Positions 24,551 to 36,030 of a stretch of 64,000 bases of DNA are shown in pieces. Source of the DNA: Octopus bimaculoides (Eukaryota); the NCBI RefSeq assembly GCF_001194135.2, contig NC_068988.1, positions 64,794,655 to 64,858,654 on the forward strand. Direction: 5' to 3'. Positions within the stretch are counted from its first letter, which is position 1; each line of letters opens with the position of its first letter. The position numbers were made by a program, and so were the translations under genes. The notes beneath the pieces were generated by a model. It made no database searches. It saw only the letters and a program-made list of their open reading frames with translations, and had not been told where the DNA came from.

Positions 24551-25589
24551 AATGAAATTGTCACTCTCTGTTGCAAATTTACTGATTTAGTTTTACATTT
24601 CAGACAGATTGAGCTCGTCAGTCTTCATTACAAATCTACTCATCAAATTAATTGCAGAGAACAAGTAATTTACCACTACTCCCTCTCTCTTTCCACCATC
24701 CACCATCCCTCTTTATCTGCTTACTCTATCTTTTCTCTCCCTCTCTCTTTCTCTCTCTCCCTCTCTCTTTCTCTCTCATGCATGCACTCACAAGATGACA
24801 ACAACAACAGCAACACTTCCATCAAACTGCACATCACCTATAAATCAAAGGACCACTCTTGTTACATATTCTGTCACTGATTCACCTCATGAATTACGTG
24901 CCTGTGGAATACACAGCCATTACACATTAATTTAACAAATAGGTCATTCAGTTTCTCAAAGAATTCGATTATTGTCAAAATCACCAGAGGATCCTTAATA
25001 AAAATAATAATAATAATAATAATAATAATGACGGACTCTTCTGTCAAAGACACTGCATGAGCAAAAGCTGAACGATCTACACAAATGATTTGTTTATTGT
25101 GATCAAATGCTCGAGCCACACATTTGCTCACTCATTCCATCAAAGCGATGTTGTCTGAACAGGTGCACTCTGTACTGGATTAACCATAAGCTAAATAAGC
25201 ACATGCTTAGGGCATCAAGGGAAAAGGGACGCTACAGAAATGGTAAATGGTTTTGTGGCTCAAAAGAAATCACTTTAAATTTGCTCAACTAATATTCAAC
25301 GTGGTTTATATGATTGGAAATATAATTTTGTAGTGTTCATGGTAACATAGTGAGGATCTCATCAAAGACTTTGCTATTAGAAAAAGTCTGAGAAAACTTT
25401 TGAAATATAAATAAACTTGGTCGTATATAAAAATAAGTATTATTTTCCGTCTTACTGTTAATTCTATTTCATTTTGGAAAATATGAATTTATTTTATGGT
25501 TTGTTACTGTTTATATTTTCAATTACATATATATGGAGGAACCAAAATTTTTCAAGCGCTTAGGGCCTTTTGGGTCTAAATCTGGCCCA

Positions 25590-25750
25590 GGGTGCACTGT
25601 GTACCATGTGTCAGGTGTCAAAGTGCTCGCAGAGCAACAGGAAATGCAGCGTTTTGCTCAAGAACACAACACATCACCTGGTCTAGGAATTGAAATTACG
25701 ATCACTAAATTGTGAGTGTAACACCCTAACCACTAGGCCATGTGTCCTCA
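25590..25750 (-). mobile_element. tRNA-headed SINE family F
   Basis: ttgctcaagaacacaac...ccctaaccactaggccatgtgtcctca; second copy at about 43740-43968 (-). Confidence 0.65.
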
Positions 25751-25761
25751 ATAATAATGAT

Positions 25762-25965
25762 AATCCTTTCTACTAAAGGCACAAGGCCTCAAATTTGGTG
25801 AAAGGGGACTAGTCGATTACATTGATACTGGTACTTAATTTATCAACCCCGAAAGAATGAAAGGTAAGGTCAACCTTGATGGAATTTGAACTCAGAATCT
25901 AGAGACAGGCAAAATACCACAAAGCATTTTGACCAACATGCTAACGATGCTGCCAGCTTCTGCCT
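25762..25965 (-). mobile_element. Deu/Nin-domain SINE (family B)
   Basis: ggtacttaatttatcaaccccgaaagaatgaaaggtaagg core; (AAT)n at both ends. Confidence 0.75.
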
Positions 25966-25985
25966 TGATAATAATAATAATAATA

Positions 25986-26121
25986 GATCACCATGTCACG
26001 CACATATGGTTGTGATGCATGTGCCTGGTGTACCCTTATCAGACGGGTAGTCATGATGGGTATAATGGGCTTCGTATATTTTACCCCAGTGTCATTTTGA
26101 TGGCATGCACTGCTCTCTCAC

Positions 26122-26123
<2 letters not shown>
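25986..26123 (+). mobile_element. Retroposon 3' end, family G, with (AAT)n tail
   Basis: Near-identical to the last 140 bp of 55313-55857. Confidence 0.75.
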
Positions 26124-26168
<45 letters not shown>

Positions 26169-26169
26169 C

Positions 26170-26555
26170 ATTGCTTCTGATATCACAATTATGCACAAAG
26201 ATACACATGAATGGGTCACAATTGATGTCACTGTTCCTGCTGAGTGTGAAGGTAGACAAACACCAGGATGTGGCAAGCCACGTATGGGAGACACATTAAA
26301 CAACAGCCAAAGTTGCCTCTTTTGTTACCAGGACACTGGGAACAATTTCAAAGCATCTGGATGCAATGCCTGAGACCTTAAGCACACCAGATATATTAGT
26401 GGTGGGGGGGGGGTGTACGAATGGCTGTGGTGCTTCGAATGGCTCCTGAGCTGGGGAAGGTGTAGTGCCTCTGAGCTGTGTGTTTGCAGGAGCTGAGGCA
26501 TAATTACACATTACCTGACTGTGAAACATCTGTGTGTTAGAGAGCAATGACTTTA
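26170..26555 (+). mobile_element. 5'-truncated RLE-clade non-LTR retrotransposon (R2 group, R4/Dong-like) 3' end
   Basis: Frameshifted peptide SDITIMHKDTHEWVTIDVTVPA / KVDKHQDVASHVW*..KVASFVTRTLGTISKHL..LSTPDI / GVRMAVVL, matching the PD..D..K restriction-like endonuclease C-terminus; starts directly after a long (TAA)n. Confidence 0.7.
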
Positions 26556-26596
26556 ATCATGATAGTATGATGTGTACACACACATACACTCACATC

Positions 26597-26637
<41 letters not shown>

Positions 26638-27167
26638 NNNNNNNNNNNNNNNNNNNNNNNNNNNNNNNNNNNNNNNNNNNNNNNNNNNNNNNNNNNNNNN
26701 NNNNNNNNNNNNNNNNNNNNNNNNNNNNNNNNNNNNNNNNNNNNNNNNNNNNNNNNNNNNNNNNNNNNNNNNNNNNNNNNNNNNNNNNNNNNNNNNNNNN
26801 NNNNNNNNNNNNNNNNNNNNNNNNNNNNNNNNNNNNNNNNNNNNNNNNNNNNNNNNNNNNNNNNNNNNNNNNNNNNNNNNNNNNNNNNNNNNNNNNNNNN
26901 NNNNNNNNNNNNNNNNNNNNNNNNNNNNNNNNNNNNNNNNNNNNNNNNNNNNNNNNNNNNNNNNNNNNNNNNNNNNNNNNNNNNNNNNNNNNNNNNNNNN
27001 NNNNNNNNNNNNNNNNNNNNNNNNNNNNNNNNNNNNNNNNNNNNNNNNNNNNNNNNNNNNNNNNNNNNNNNNNNNNNNNNNNNNNNNNNNNNNNNNNNNN
27101 NNNNNNNNNNNNNNNNNNNNNNNNTAACAAAAGTATATATTAGTATGACGCTCGGGAATACGGAAAG

Positions 27168-27204
27168 TCTTTGACGTTTCGAGCTACGCTCTTCAACAGA
27201 AAGA
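27168..27204 (-). ncRNA. Minimal type-I hammerhead ribozyme motif at a Penelope-like terminus
   Basis: Minus strand TCTTT-CTGTTGA-A-GAGC-GTA-GCTC-GAAA-C-GTC-AAAGA: 5-bp stem I, 4-bp stem II, ACGT palindromic stem III, GUC triplet; A6>U in the core. Confidence 0.6.
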
Positions 27205-28094
27205 ATACGGAGACAAGGAGAAAAACACGGAGAAAAAAAATTGAATAGTGTTCAATATGGGTGTGTGTGTGTGTATATACTTGTATATGGGTGTGTATTT
27301 GTATATATGTATATCTAAATGTATGTATATAAATATAACTATATACCCTAGCATATATAGATATATATGTGTGTGTATGAATGTAAATATTTATACATAT
27401 GTGTAAATATCTAAGTACACAGATATATGTGTGTATATGAATGTAAATATTTATACATATATGTAAATATATAAGTGCACAGATATGTGTGTGTATGTGT
27501 ATGTGTGTATAACTCTTTATGTTTCTGAATATATCTATATATGTTCGACTCTGTATTCATGTGTGTATGTATGTGTATGTATTTGTCAGTGGATATATGT
27601 ATATGTTTGTAAGTATAACTCTAAGTGTTTCTGAATAGCTGTATGTGTTCGTCTCTGTATTCATGTGTGTGTGTCTGTGTGTACACTTGTGTGTCTGGAA
27701 TATAAAACAGCTCACATAAACCTCTGTGCATTACTGAACAAAACGAAGCAAGGATAAATAACCAACAATAATCAATATTTATGAGATTTAGGTAAAGTGC
27801 ACAAAACAACAACAACAATTATAACGGCAACAACAATTACAATGCTAACAATAACAACAATAATACCGGTAACAACTATTTCTACTCATTAGATTTCAAC
27901 ACTAACAATAACAACAATGTTGATGATGATGATGATTTTTAGCACAATAATATTGTTAATAATAAAAATTTCTCACAAAATTACGATGATTTTTTTTTTA
28001 AGCAAAATAATATTAATGTTGATAATAACGACTTCGAGCATAATAATAATAATGATGATAATAGTAATTTTTAAGTGATAGTAATGATAATAAT

Positions 28095-28291
28095 ACTAAT
28101 CCTTTTTATTACGGGCATGGGGCCTGAAATTTTGAAGGAGGGGGCACTAGTTAATTAAATCGACCCCAGTGCTTCACTGGTACTTATTTCATCAACCCCG
28201 AAAAGATGAACGGCAAAAACCAACTTCCATGGAATTTGAACTCTGAATGTAAGGACAGACAACATACCAGCAATTCTGCTTGCTTACCATT

Positions 28292-28335
<44 letters not shown>

Positions 28336-28550
28336 CCTTTCTACTGTAGGCACAAGGCCTGAAATTTGGGGGAAGGAGACTAGTCGATTGTATCACCCCT
28401 GGTGTTTCACTGGTACTTAATTTATCAACCCCGAAAGGATGAAAGGCAAAGTCGACCTTGGTAGAGTTTGAACTCAGAACGCAGCAACGGGTGAAATACC
28501 GCTAAGCATTTCATCCAGTGTGCTAACGATTCTGCCAGCTCACCACCTTA

Positions 28551-28582
<32 letters not shown>

Positions 28583-28950
28583 GATGATGATGATGATGAT
28601 AATAATGGTTCTTTGTAAGGTAGTGAGCTGGCAAAATTGTTAGCATGTTGGGCAAAATATTAAGCGGCATTTTTGTCTGTCTTTATGTTCTGAGTTTAAA
28701 TTTTACCAAAGCCAACTTTACCTTTCATCCTTTCAGGGTCAACAAAATAAGTACCGGTTGAGTACCAGGGCTGATCTAACTGACTTAGCCCCTTCCCCAA
28801 AATTTTTGGCCTTGTGCCAGAATTTGAACCCAATAATAATCCTTTCTACTGTAGGTGCAAGGTCTGAAAGTTTGAGGGAGGAGACTGATTGATTATATCA
28901 ACCCCAGTACTTGACTGGTACTTAATTTATCAACCCTGAAAGGATGCAGA
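28095..28950. mobile_element. Cluster of four family B SINEs (-,-,+,-) nested in (AAT)n/(GAT)n
   Basis: About 28095-28290 (-), 28335-28548 (-), 28618-28828 (+), 28840-28950 (-). Confidence 0.8.
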
Positions 28951-28956
28951 GCAAAG

Positions 28957-29007
28957 ACTTGTGAGTGGATTTGGTAGATGGAAACTGAAAGAAGCCTGTC
29001 GTATATA

Positions 29008-29054
<47 letters not shown>

Positions 29055-29275
29055 GTGTGTGTCTGTGTTTGTTCCCCCTCCATCACTTTGACAACTGATG
29101 TTGGTGTGTTTGCATCCCCATGATTTACTGGTTCAGCAAAAGAGCCCGATAGAGTAAGTACTAGGCTTACAAAGAATAAGTTCTGAGGTCAATTTGTTCG
29201 ACTAAAGGCAGTACTCCAGCATGGCCACAGTCAAATGACTGAAACAAGTAAAAGAATAAGAGAATAAAAGAATAC
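28957..29275 (+). mobile_element. SINE family A, 5'-truncated
   Basis: cttgtgagtggatttggtagatggaaactgaaagaagcc, then (TA)n, then the second module to gaaacaagtaaaagaata. Confidence 0.8.
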
Positions 29276-29646
29276 ATTTATATGTGTGCATGTGTTTGTC
29301 TACATAAACTGGTGTATGAAGTTGCATCCCTTTTGGGTCTAGACAGTAACTTAGCCATGCAAGATAAAGAAATTGTTATATTAAGTTCCTGACTAAATTA
29401 AGTACTAGGGTTGATATAATGGTCTAAAACCCTTGAAGGTGTCTCCTCAATTTGGCTTCAGTCCAATGACAGATGCCAGTTAAAGAGTGAAATATATAAT
29501 GTATGAATATTCAGACATACATGCAAATAGGTATTTAGGAAGAAACACACTGATGCACACAAACATACATATATGCACATATATACATACATATTTATAT
29601 ATATATATTTATACATACACGCACATATATGCACATATACATATGC

Positions 29647-29748
<102 letters not shown>

Positions 29749-29989
29749 TACACGCATGCATAGACAGATTGATTAGAAGATTTTTGAAATATAGAACCGC
29801 GTTTAATTGCGAATTACCATTAATTGTTAATTGTTGTCTGGATATATATGTATAATTTCCACTAATTGGTACGGCTTATCTGTTTGTAAACAGCAAGTCA
29901 CTTAAGAATATTGAAATATTCTATATATACATATATGTATATATATGTATGTATGTATGTATGTGTGTGTGTGCACGTATATAAATACA

Positions 29990-30034
<45 letters not shown>

Positions 30035-30329
30035 CTGTGCAGAGGGCTGCATTCTGCTGTATATGTACCAAAGTCTTTTATCTTTTTATCTCTGCCATTA
30101 AGTGTCAAAAATTATTTGGTTGTGAGGTGAAGTAATGTTTTTTATTTGCATTTATTTTCCTGCTTTCTTTAAAGTTTCAATAAAAATCATATTTCAATAT
30201 CAACCACAGCACTTTATGCCTCTCTTCCTCTTCCCCTCCATAGTTTACACAAACCTTCTCACCTCTCTATCTAGCCCACAATCTAACTCTCTATACTCCT
30301 ATCTGTTCATCTCTCTGCCTATTTCCATT

Positions 30330-31670
30330 TCTCTGTTTATCTAGTGGCTTATCTCCCTGTATGCCTATCTGCCTATCTATCTGTCTGTCTATCTCCCAAT
30401 TTATCTCTCTACCTATCTCCCCGTTTGTCTATCTGCCTATCTCCTTGTTTATCTACCTGCCTATCTCCTCATTTGTCTATCTGCCTATCTCCCCGTTTGT
30501 CTATCTGCCTATCTCCCCATTTGTCTATCTGCCTATTTCCCCGTTTGTCTATCTGCCTATCTACCCATTTGTCTATCTGCCTTTCTCTATCTGCCTATCT
30601 ACCTGTTTGTCTATCTGCCTATCTCCCTGTTTGTCTATCTGCCTATTTCCCCGTTTGTCTATCTGCCTATCTCCCTGTTTTTCTATCTGCCTATCTACCC
30701 ATTTGTCTATCTGCCTATCTACTTGTTTGTCTATCTGCCTTTGTCTGTCTGCCTATTTCCCCGTTTGTCTATCTGCCTATCTCCCTGTTTTTCTATCTGC
30801 CTATCTACCCATTTGTCTATCTGCCTATCTACNNNNNNNNNNNNNNNNNNNNNNNNNNNNNNNNNNNNNNNNNNNNNNNNNNNNNNNNNNNNNNNNNNNN
30901 NNNNNNNNNNNNNNNNNNNNNNNNNNNNNNNNNNNNNNNNNNNNNNNNNNNNNNNNNNNNNNNNNNNNNNNNNNNNNNNNNNNNNNNNNNNNNNNNNNNN
31001 NNNNNNNNNNNNNNNNNNNNNNNNNNNNNNNNNNNNNNNNNNNNNNNNNNNNNNNNNNNNNNNNNNNNNNNNNNNNNNNNNNNNNNNNNNNNNNNNNNNN
31101 NNNNNNNNNNNNNNNNNNNNNNNNNNNNNNNNNNNNNNNNNNNNNNNNNNNNNNNNNNNNNNNNNNNNNNNNNNNNNNNNNNNNNNNNNNNNNNNNNNNN
31201 NNNNNNNNNNNNNNNNNNNNNNNNNNNNNNNNNNNNNNNNNNNNNNNNNNNNNNNNNNNTGTCTCTCTGCCTATTTCCCCATTTGTCTATCTGCCTATCT
31301 GCCTTGTCTATCTGCCTACCTCCCCATTTGTCTATCTGCCTACCTCCCCGTTTGTCTATCTGCCTACCTCCCCGTTTGTCTATCTGCCTATCTCCCCGTT
31401 TGTCTATCTGCCTATCTACCCATTTGTCTATCTGCCTATCTACCTGTTTGTCTATCTGCCTTTGTCTAACTGCCTATCTCCCTGTTTGTCTCTCTGCCTA
31501 TTTCCCCATTTGTCTATCTGCCTATCTCCCCGTTTGTCTATCTGCCTATCTCCCCNNNNNNNNNNCTATCTGCCTATCTCCCCGTTTGTCTATCTGCCTA
31601 TCTCCCCGTTTGTCTATCTGCCTATCTCCCCGTTTGTCTATCTGTCTATCTCCTCCATACTTCTATCTAT
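30330..31670. repeat. 24-bp minisatellite (ctatctgcctatctccccgtttgt), gapped
   Basis: Dozens of near-identical units; the unit length is a multiple of 3, which explains the 470-aa spurious ORFs. Confidence 0.95.
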
Positions 31671-31799
31671 CTTATCTATCTGTCCCATCTCTATCTTATC
31701 TTTTCTTTCTACCAGCCTATCCTTCTCAGTATCTATCCAGCTATTCTTCTTCTATATATCTATTTCTCCTATCTATCTAAAAATTTGAGATATTGTGAC

Positions 31800-32780
31800 A
31801 ATAGTTATTGCCAAAATTAACACTTGCCAACAAAGAAGCATGTATATGATCACTTTTCCTGCTAGATATAATGGCCAAAGTATCCCTAAAGTCTAACTGT
31901 ACCATCTTGAAAATGGAAAAACATGTTGGATAATGTACTCTGAGAAACACCATGTCTGAATAAAAATAGGATGGGATAGTCAGACATGGGTCTACTGGAT
32001 TAGAGCTAACCTAGGGTTAAACTACACCAGGTATAGAAACATTGGATAAAGTAGTCCTAGATACACTGTGTCTGAGTAAAAATACGATAGGGTAGTCACT
32101 ATTTGATCATAGGTTTGCTGGATCTGGATTGACCGAGGGTTAAAAAAAACTCCTCAAGGAAGGACACATTGGATAATGTATTCCTAGATACACTGCAGCA
32201 ATAAAAGTGATTGTATTATCATAGCTAAAATGTCTTCCATTATGAATTTGTTTGATTAGAATTGATGTGGGCTCAAAAAAAAAACAGCCACACAAAGGAA
32301 GACACATGGATTGATGTAGTCTTAGATACATTGTGTCAGAACAAAAGATAGGGTGGTCACTGCTAGAACACATTTGGTCATAGGTTTTGCTGGATCAGGA
32401 CAAACCAAGGTTTAAACAACCACACCAAAGCAGGACACATTGGTTAAAGTAATCCTAGAACATTTTTTATGATGAGTCAACTGGATCAAGATTGACCTAG
32501 GGTTAAACAAAAACTACACAAGGAAAACACTTTGGATAATGTAGTTCTTGTTAGAGTACATCAGGAAAAATATGATTGAAAACTTTCATCATGGGTCTAC
32601 AGGATCAGGATTGTCCTAGGATCATAAAACCTGTTTATGAGAAGACACATTGGCTAATATAGTCTAAGTTACACTGTGTCTGGAAAATAGAATTATTGTA
32701 TCGTCACATGTAGAACACCTTTTGCTCATGGGTTTCCTGGATCGGGAACTTGTTTGGTGCTAAACAACAACAAGAACATA
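31800..32780 (+). repeat. Family D retroposon whose 3' module is tandemly repeated about 7 times (95-140-bp units)
   Basis: Anchor (g)acacattggataatgtagtcctagatacac at 31921, 32038, 32163, 32301, 32434, 32526 and 32644, ending in (AAC)n. Single-unit copies at about 42060-42260 (+), 49850-50085 (+) and 59190-59430 (-). Confidence 0.75.
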
Positions 32781-33529
32781 ATGCTGACACCACCACCACC
32801 ACCATCACCACAGCTGCTAGCAACAAGAACAACAACAACAACAATAGCAACACCACAATTATATAACCATAGAATGGATGAATGATATAATGGAAGAATT
32901 AGTTTGAAGGTCAATAGATGATCTCTAAACATAATGTGAAAAATCAGCAGAGTGAGGGATGTGTTTAATATAGAACAAAAATTAATCAATCAACATCAGA
33001 ATCATCATCACCATTATCATCATCATCGTCATCGTCATCACCTTCATCCCCACCCACATCAGCATTCTTTCCATTGTCATCTTTTTCCGTGTATCTATGT
33101 GCAGGTGCAGTTAAGAATAACAATGCGAAATAATAACTGTTTCTTGTGTAGGCTTGAATCCTGATATGTTAATGGAATAGGAAGGTGTATGGGATGTGGT
33201 GATATTCATGCATTCATTCCCATTTCTCATGGTTGGTATCTAAATAGATATTGATTTCACTTGGCACATCACGGAACCAGTTAATGTTGGAAAATCGCTG
33301 AATCAATAGAAAAAGAAGTGACACCATTGATATTTATGGCGGCAAACTAGAGTTTGTTAAAAGTGGCAGACAAAATGCCTTGTGGGGGTTTAATTTGGAT
33401 CTTTGCATTCTGAATTCAAGTCTAGCTGAGATCAACTTTGCCTTTCCTCATTCTGTGGTATACACACACACACAAACACACAGATAGATAGATAGGTAGA
33501 TAGGTAGGTAGATAGAGAGATAGAGAGAT

Positions 33530-33577
<48 letters not shown>

Positions 33578-33616
33578 CCAGACAGACAGACAGAAAGGTA
33601 GATAGACAGATAGATA

Positions 33617-33840
33617 ACTTTCTTTATTGGCCACTAAGGGCTGAACACAGAGGGGACAAATACAAATGTAGAGCTTTTGTTTTCGAAAATTAAAAAGAAA
33701 AAGGGGGAAAAAATGAGAAAAAAAAAGGTAAAATTTCGATCAAAAGGGATCATGTATCACAGAAAAATTTTTTAAATGTAAAAAGTAAGATTAGGTTTAT
33801 CCGTGGAGAAAAAAAGCCTACGGAAAAGATCACAGTAACC
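33617..33840 (-). mobile_element. LINE-like 3' end (gtggccaataaagaaag terminus) in a (GATA)n run
   Basis: The ttattggccac terminus also occurs at about 23845 and 24055, there following (AAT)n. Confidence 0.55.
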
Positions 33841-34016
33841 TATGTTTATTCCCTCCCTGCCTGAGGCTACTGGGATCTTTTCCGTAGGCTTTTCTTTCCA
33901 CGGATAAACCTAATATTACTTTTTACATTTTTAAAATTTTTCTGTGATACACGATCCCTTTTGTTTGGAATTTTACTTTTTTTTTCTTCTTTCCCCCCCT
34001 TTTTTTCATTTTCGAA
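33682..34016. repeat. Long inverted repeat: arms 33682-33840 and 33865-34016, 24-nt loop
   Basis: Arms are reverse complements, e.g. ggtttatccgtgga..aagcctacggaaaagatc / gatcttttccgtaggctt..tccacggataaacc. Confidence 0.9.
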
Positions 34017-35054
34017 TCTATCTCTCTATCTATCTACCTATCACTGAACTGGCAGAAATGTAAGAACCTCAAGACTCACTAAAGTGGCTGAAATGTAAGA
34101 ACTTCAAGACTCAATGCATTGCAGTATTTCTTCTGATTTTTTGCATTTTAAGTTCAAATCTCACCAGGTTCATCTTTGCCTTTCATAAATCAAAGATAGT
34201 ATTTATAATTCAAATGGCCAGTTTGATCACACTCTATGTCATGCTGAACCTCCTTGAAGATTACATTAAGAGTACACATGTCTGTTGAGTGCTTAGTCAC
34301 TTGCACATTAATTTCACAAGCAGACACATGTGTATACGCAGGATCAACTGAACACTCGTTTTCAGAGTGTTCAATTGATCAAATTGGATCAACTGAACAC
34401 TCGTTCTCTTAACCGATGGAGTGCCAAGCCAAGCATTTCTGGCTATGACTCATCAGTTGTTCAATCAACTGAACTACCTGTTCATTGAATTAGCATATAA
34501 GTGGTTGAGTATTTCATAGACCTGTATATCCTTAACATAATCCTTAGGAATAATCAGCAGGACACAGTGTACGACAAGGCTGGAGTTTTGAATGAGGAAC
34601 GAGAGTGACAATCCTTCTAATGAACTTCCACACTGCAGTTTCCATCCACAGAATTTGACTCGCAATGCTTGAGTTAATTCAAGGCTATCGGAAAAGACAC
34701 TTGCTCAAGATACCATGGAATGAGATTGAACTCAAGATCCCCTGATTGCAAAGCAACCTATTTAACCATTTAGCCATACTACATCTCTGATGATATTATC
34801 ATTATGGTTAAGTTAATTAAAGTAAAACTAGTTCTGTGTCTCTAAAGACAAACATCTTGTTCCCTTGAGGTGTTCTTTTTTCTTCTTAAGAATATATTAA
34901 CAAGCTACAATTTATCTCCAGTTTGTTGATGCCAACCATTTTCTAAAGACTATGAAAACAACACTGGATCAAATTCTTTGATAAGAATGGCAATGCATCA
35001 TTGTACAGTAGATCTGTCCAACCCACACATGTTTGGAAAAACAGACCACTCAAA

Positions 35055-35091
<37 letters not shown>

Positions 35092-35373
35092 GTAATAATA
35101 ATAATAATAATAACACTAAAAGATAAAGGTTTTTGTATGGCTTTCCACCAGTTCTGCCAAATCTGCAGCTCATATAATAGACAGTAATAATGATGACAAT
35201 AATAATAATAATGATAATGATAATAATGATGACATTAATGATTTGCAATGTTTTTAAAAGTGAGGCCTTTAGGTTAGTTATAGAATGCTTTGTTTGGTTG
35301 GTCCTTTTGAATTTGGACCAGGTTATCAATCAGGTTTTCTATGCCTAGCTTTCGTTGAATTATGGACCCTAAT

Positions 35374-35405
<32 letters not shown>

Positions 35406-35449
35406 AACTTTTATCAATGAAGTGTGTTGTGCTAGGGCTACTACCATAA

Positions 35450-36030
35450 CTGCATTACTACATCACACTACTACCCAGCGCTAATACTACCACCAATAAC
35501 AAAACCAATATGACTGCTGCTGCTGCTGCTGCTACTACTATTATCTGCTACTATCACAATTATCTGTCTTTGCTGCTACTACAACTACCATCACCAACAC
35601 TAATACTACTACTATCACCACCATTACTACAACTACCACCACCACCACCACCACCACTACAATTACAAACACCACCATCACTACAGCAACTACCACAATT
35701 AACACCACCACCACCACTACTACAACTACTACCCCTACTACAACTACCACCACCACTACTACCACCACCACCACCACTACAGCAACTACCACAATTAGCA
35801 CCACCACCACTACTACAACTACTACCCCTACTACAACTACCACCACCACCACTACTACAACTACCACCACCACCAATACTACTACTGCCACTGCCATTGA
35901 AAAGCAGCACCACCACCTCCAATAATACCACCACACTCTTATTAATATCACCAACACCACGCCGCCATCAAAATCACCAACACCACGCCGCCATCAAAAT
36001 CACCAACACAACCACCACCACCACAGCTAC
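35450..36030. repeat. Compound (ACC/ACT/ACA)n trinucleotide tract with an internal duplication
   Basis: cagcaactaccacaatta(a/g)caccaccacc..actactacaactactacccctactacaactaccacc occurs twice. Confidence 0.85.

Noticed and set aside
30344-31788. 478/475-aa ORFs (repetitive surface-protein-like)
   Set aside because: Translation of a stop-free 24-bp minisatellite plus N-gap in several frames.
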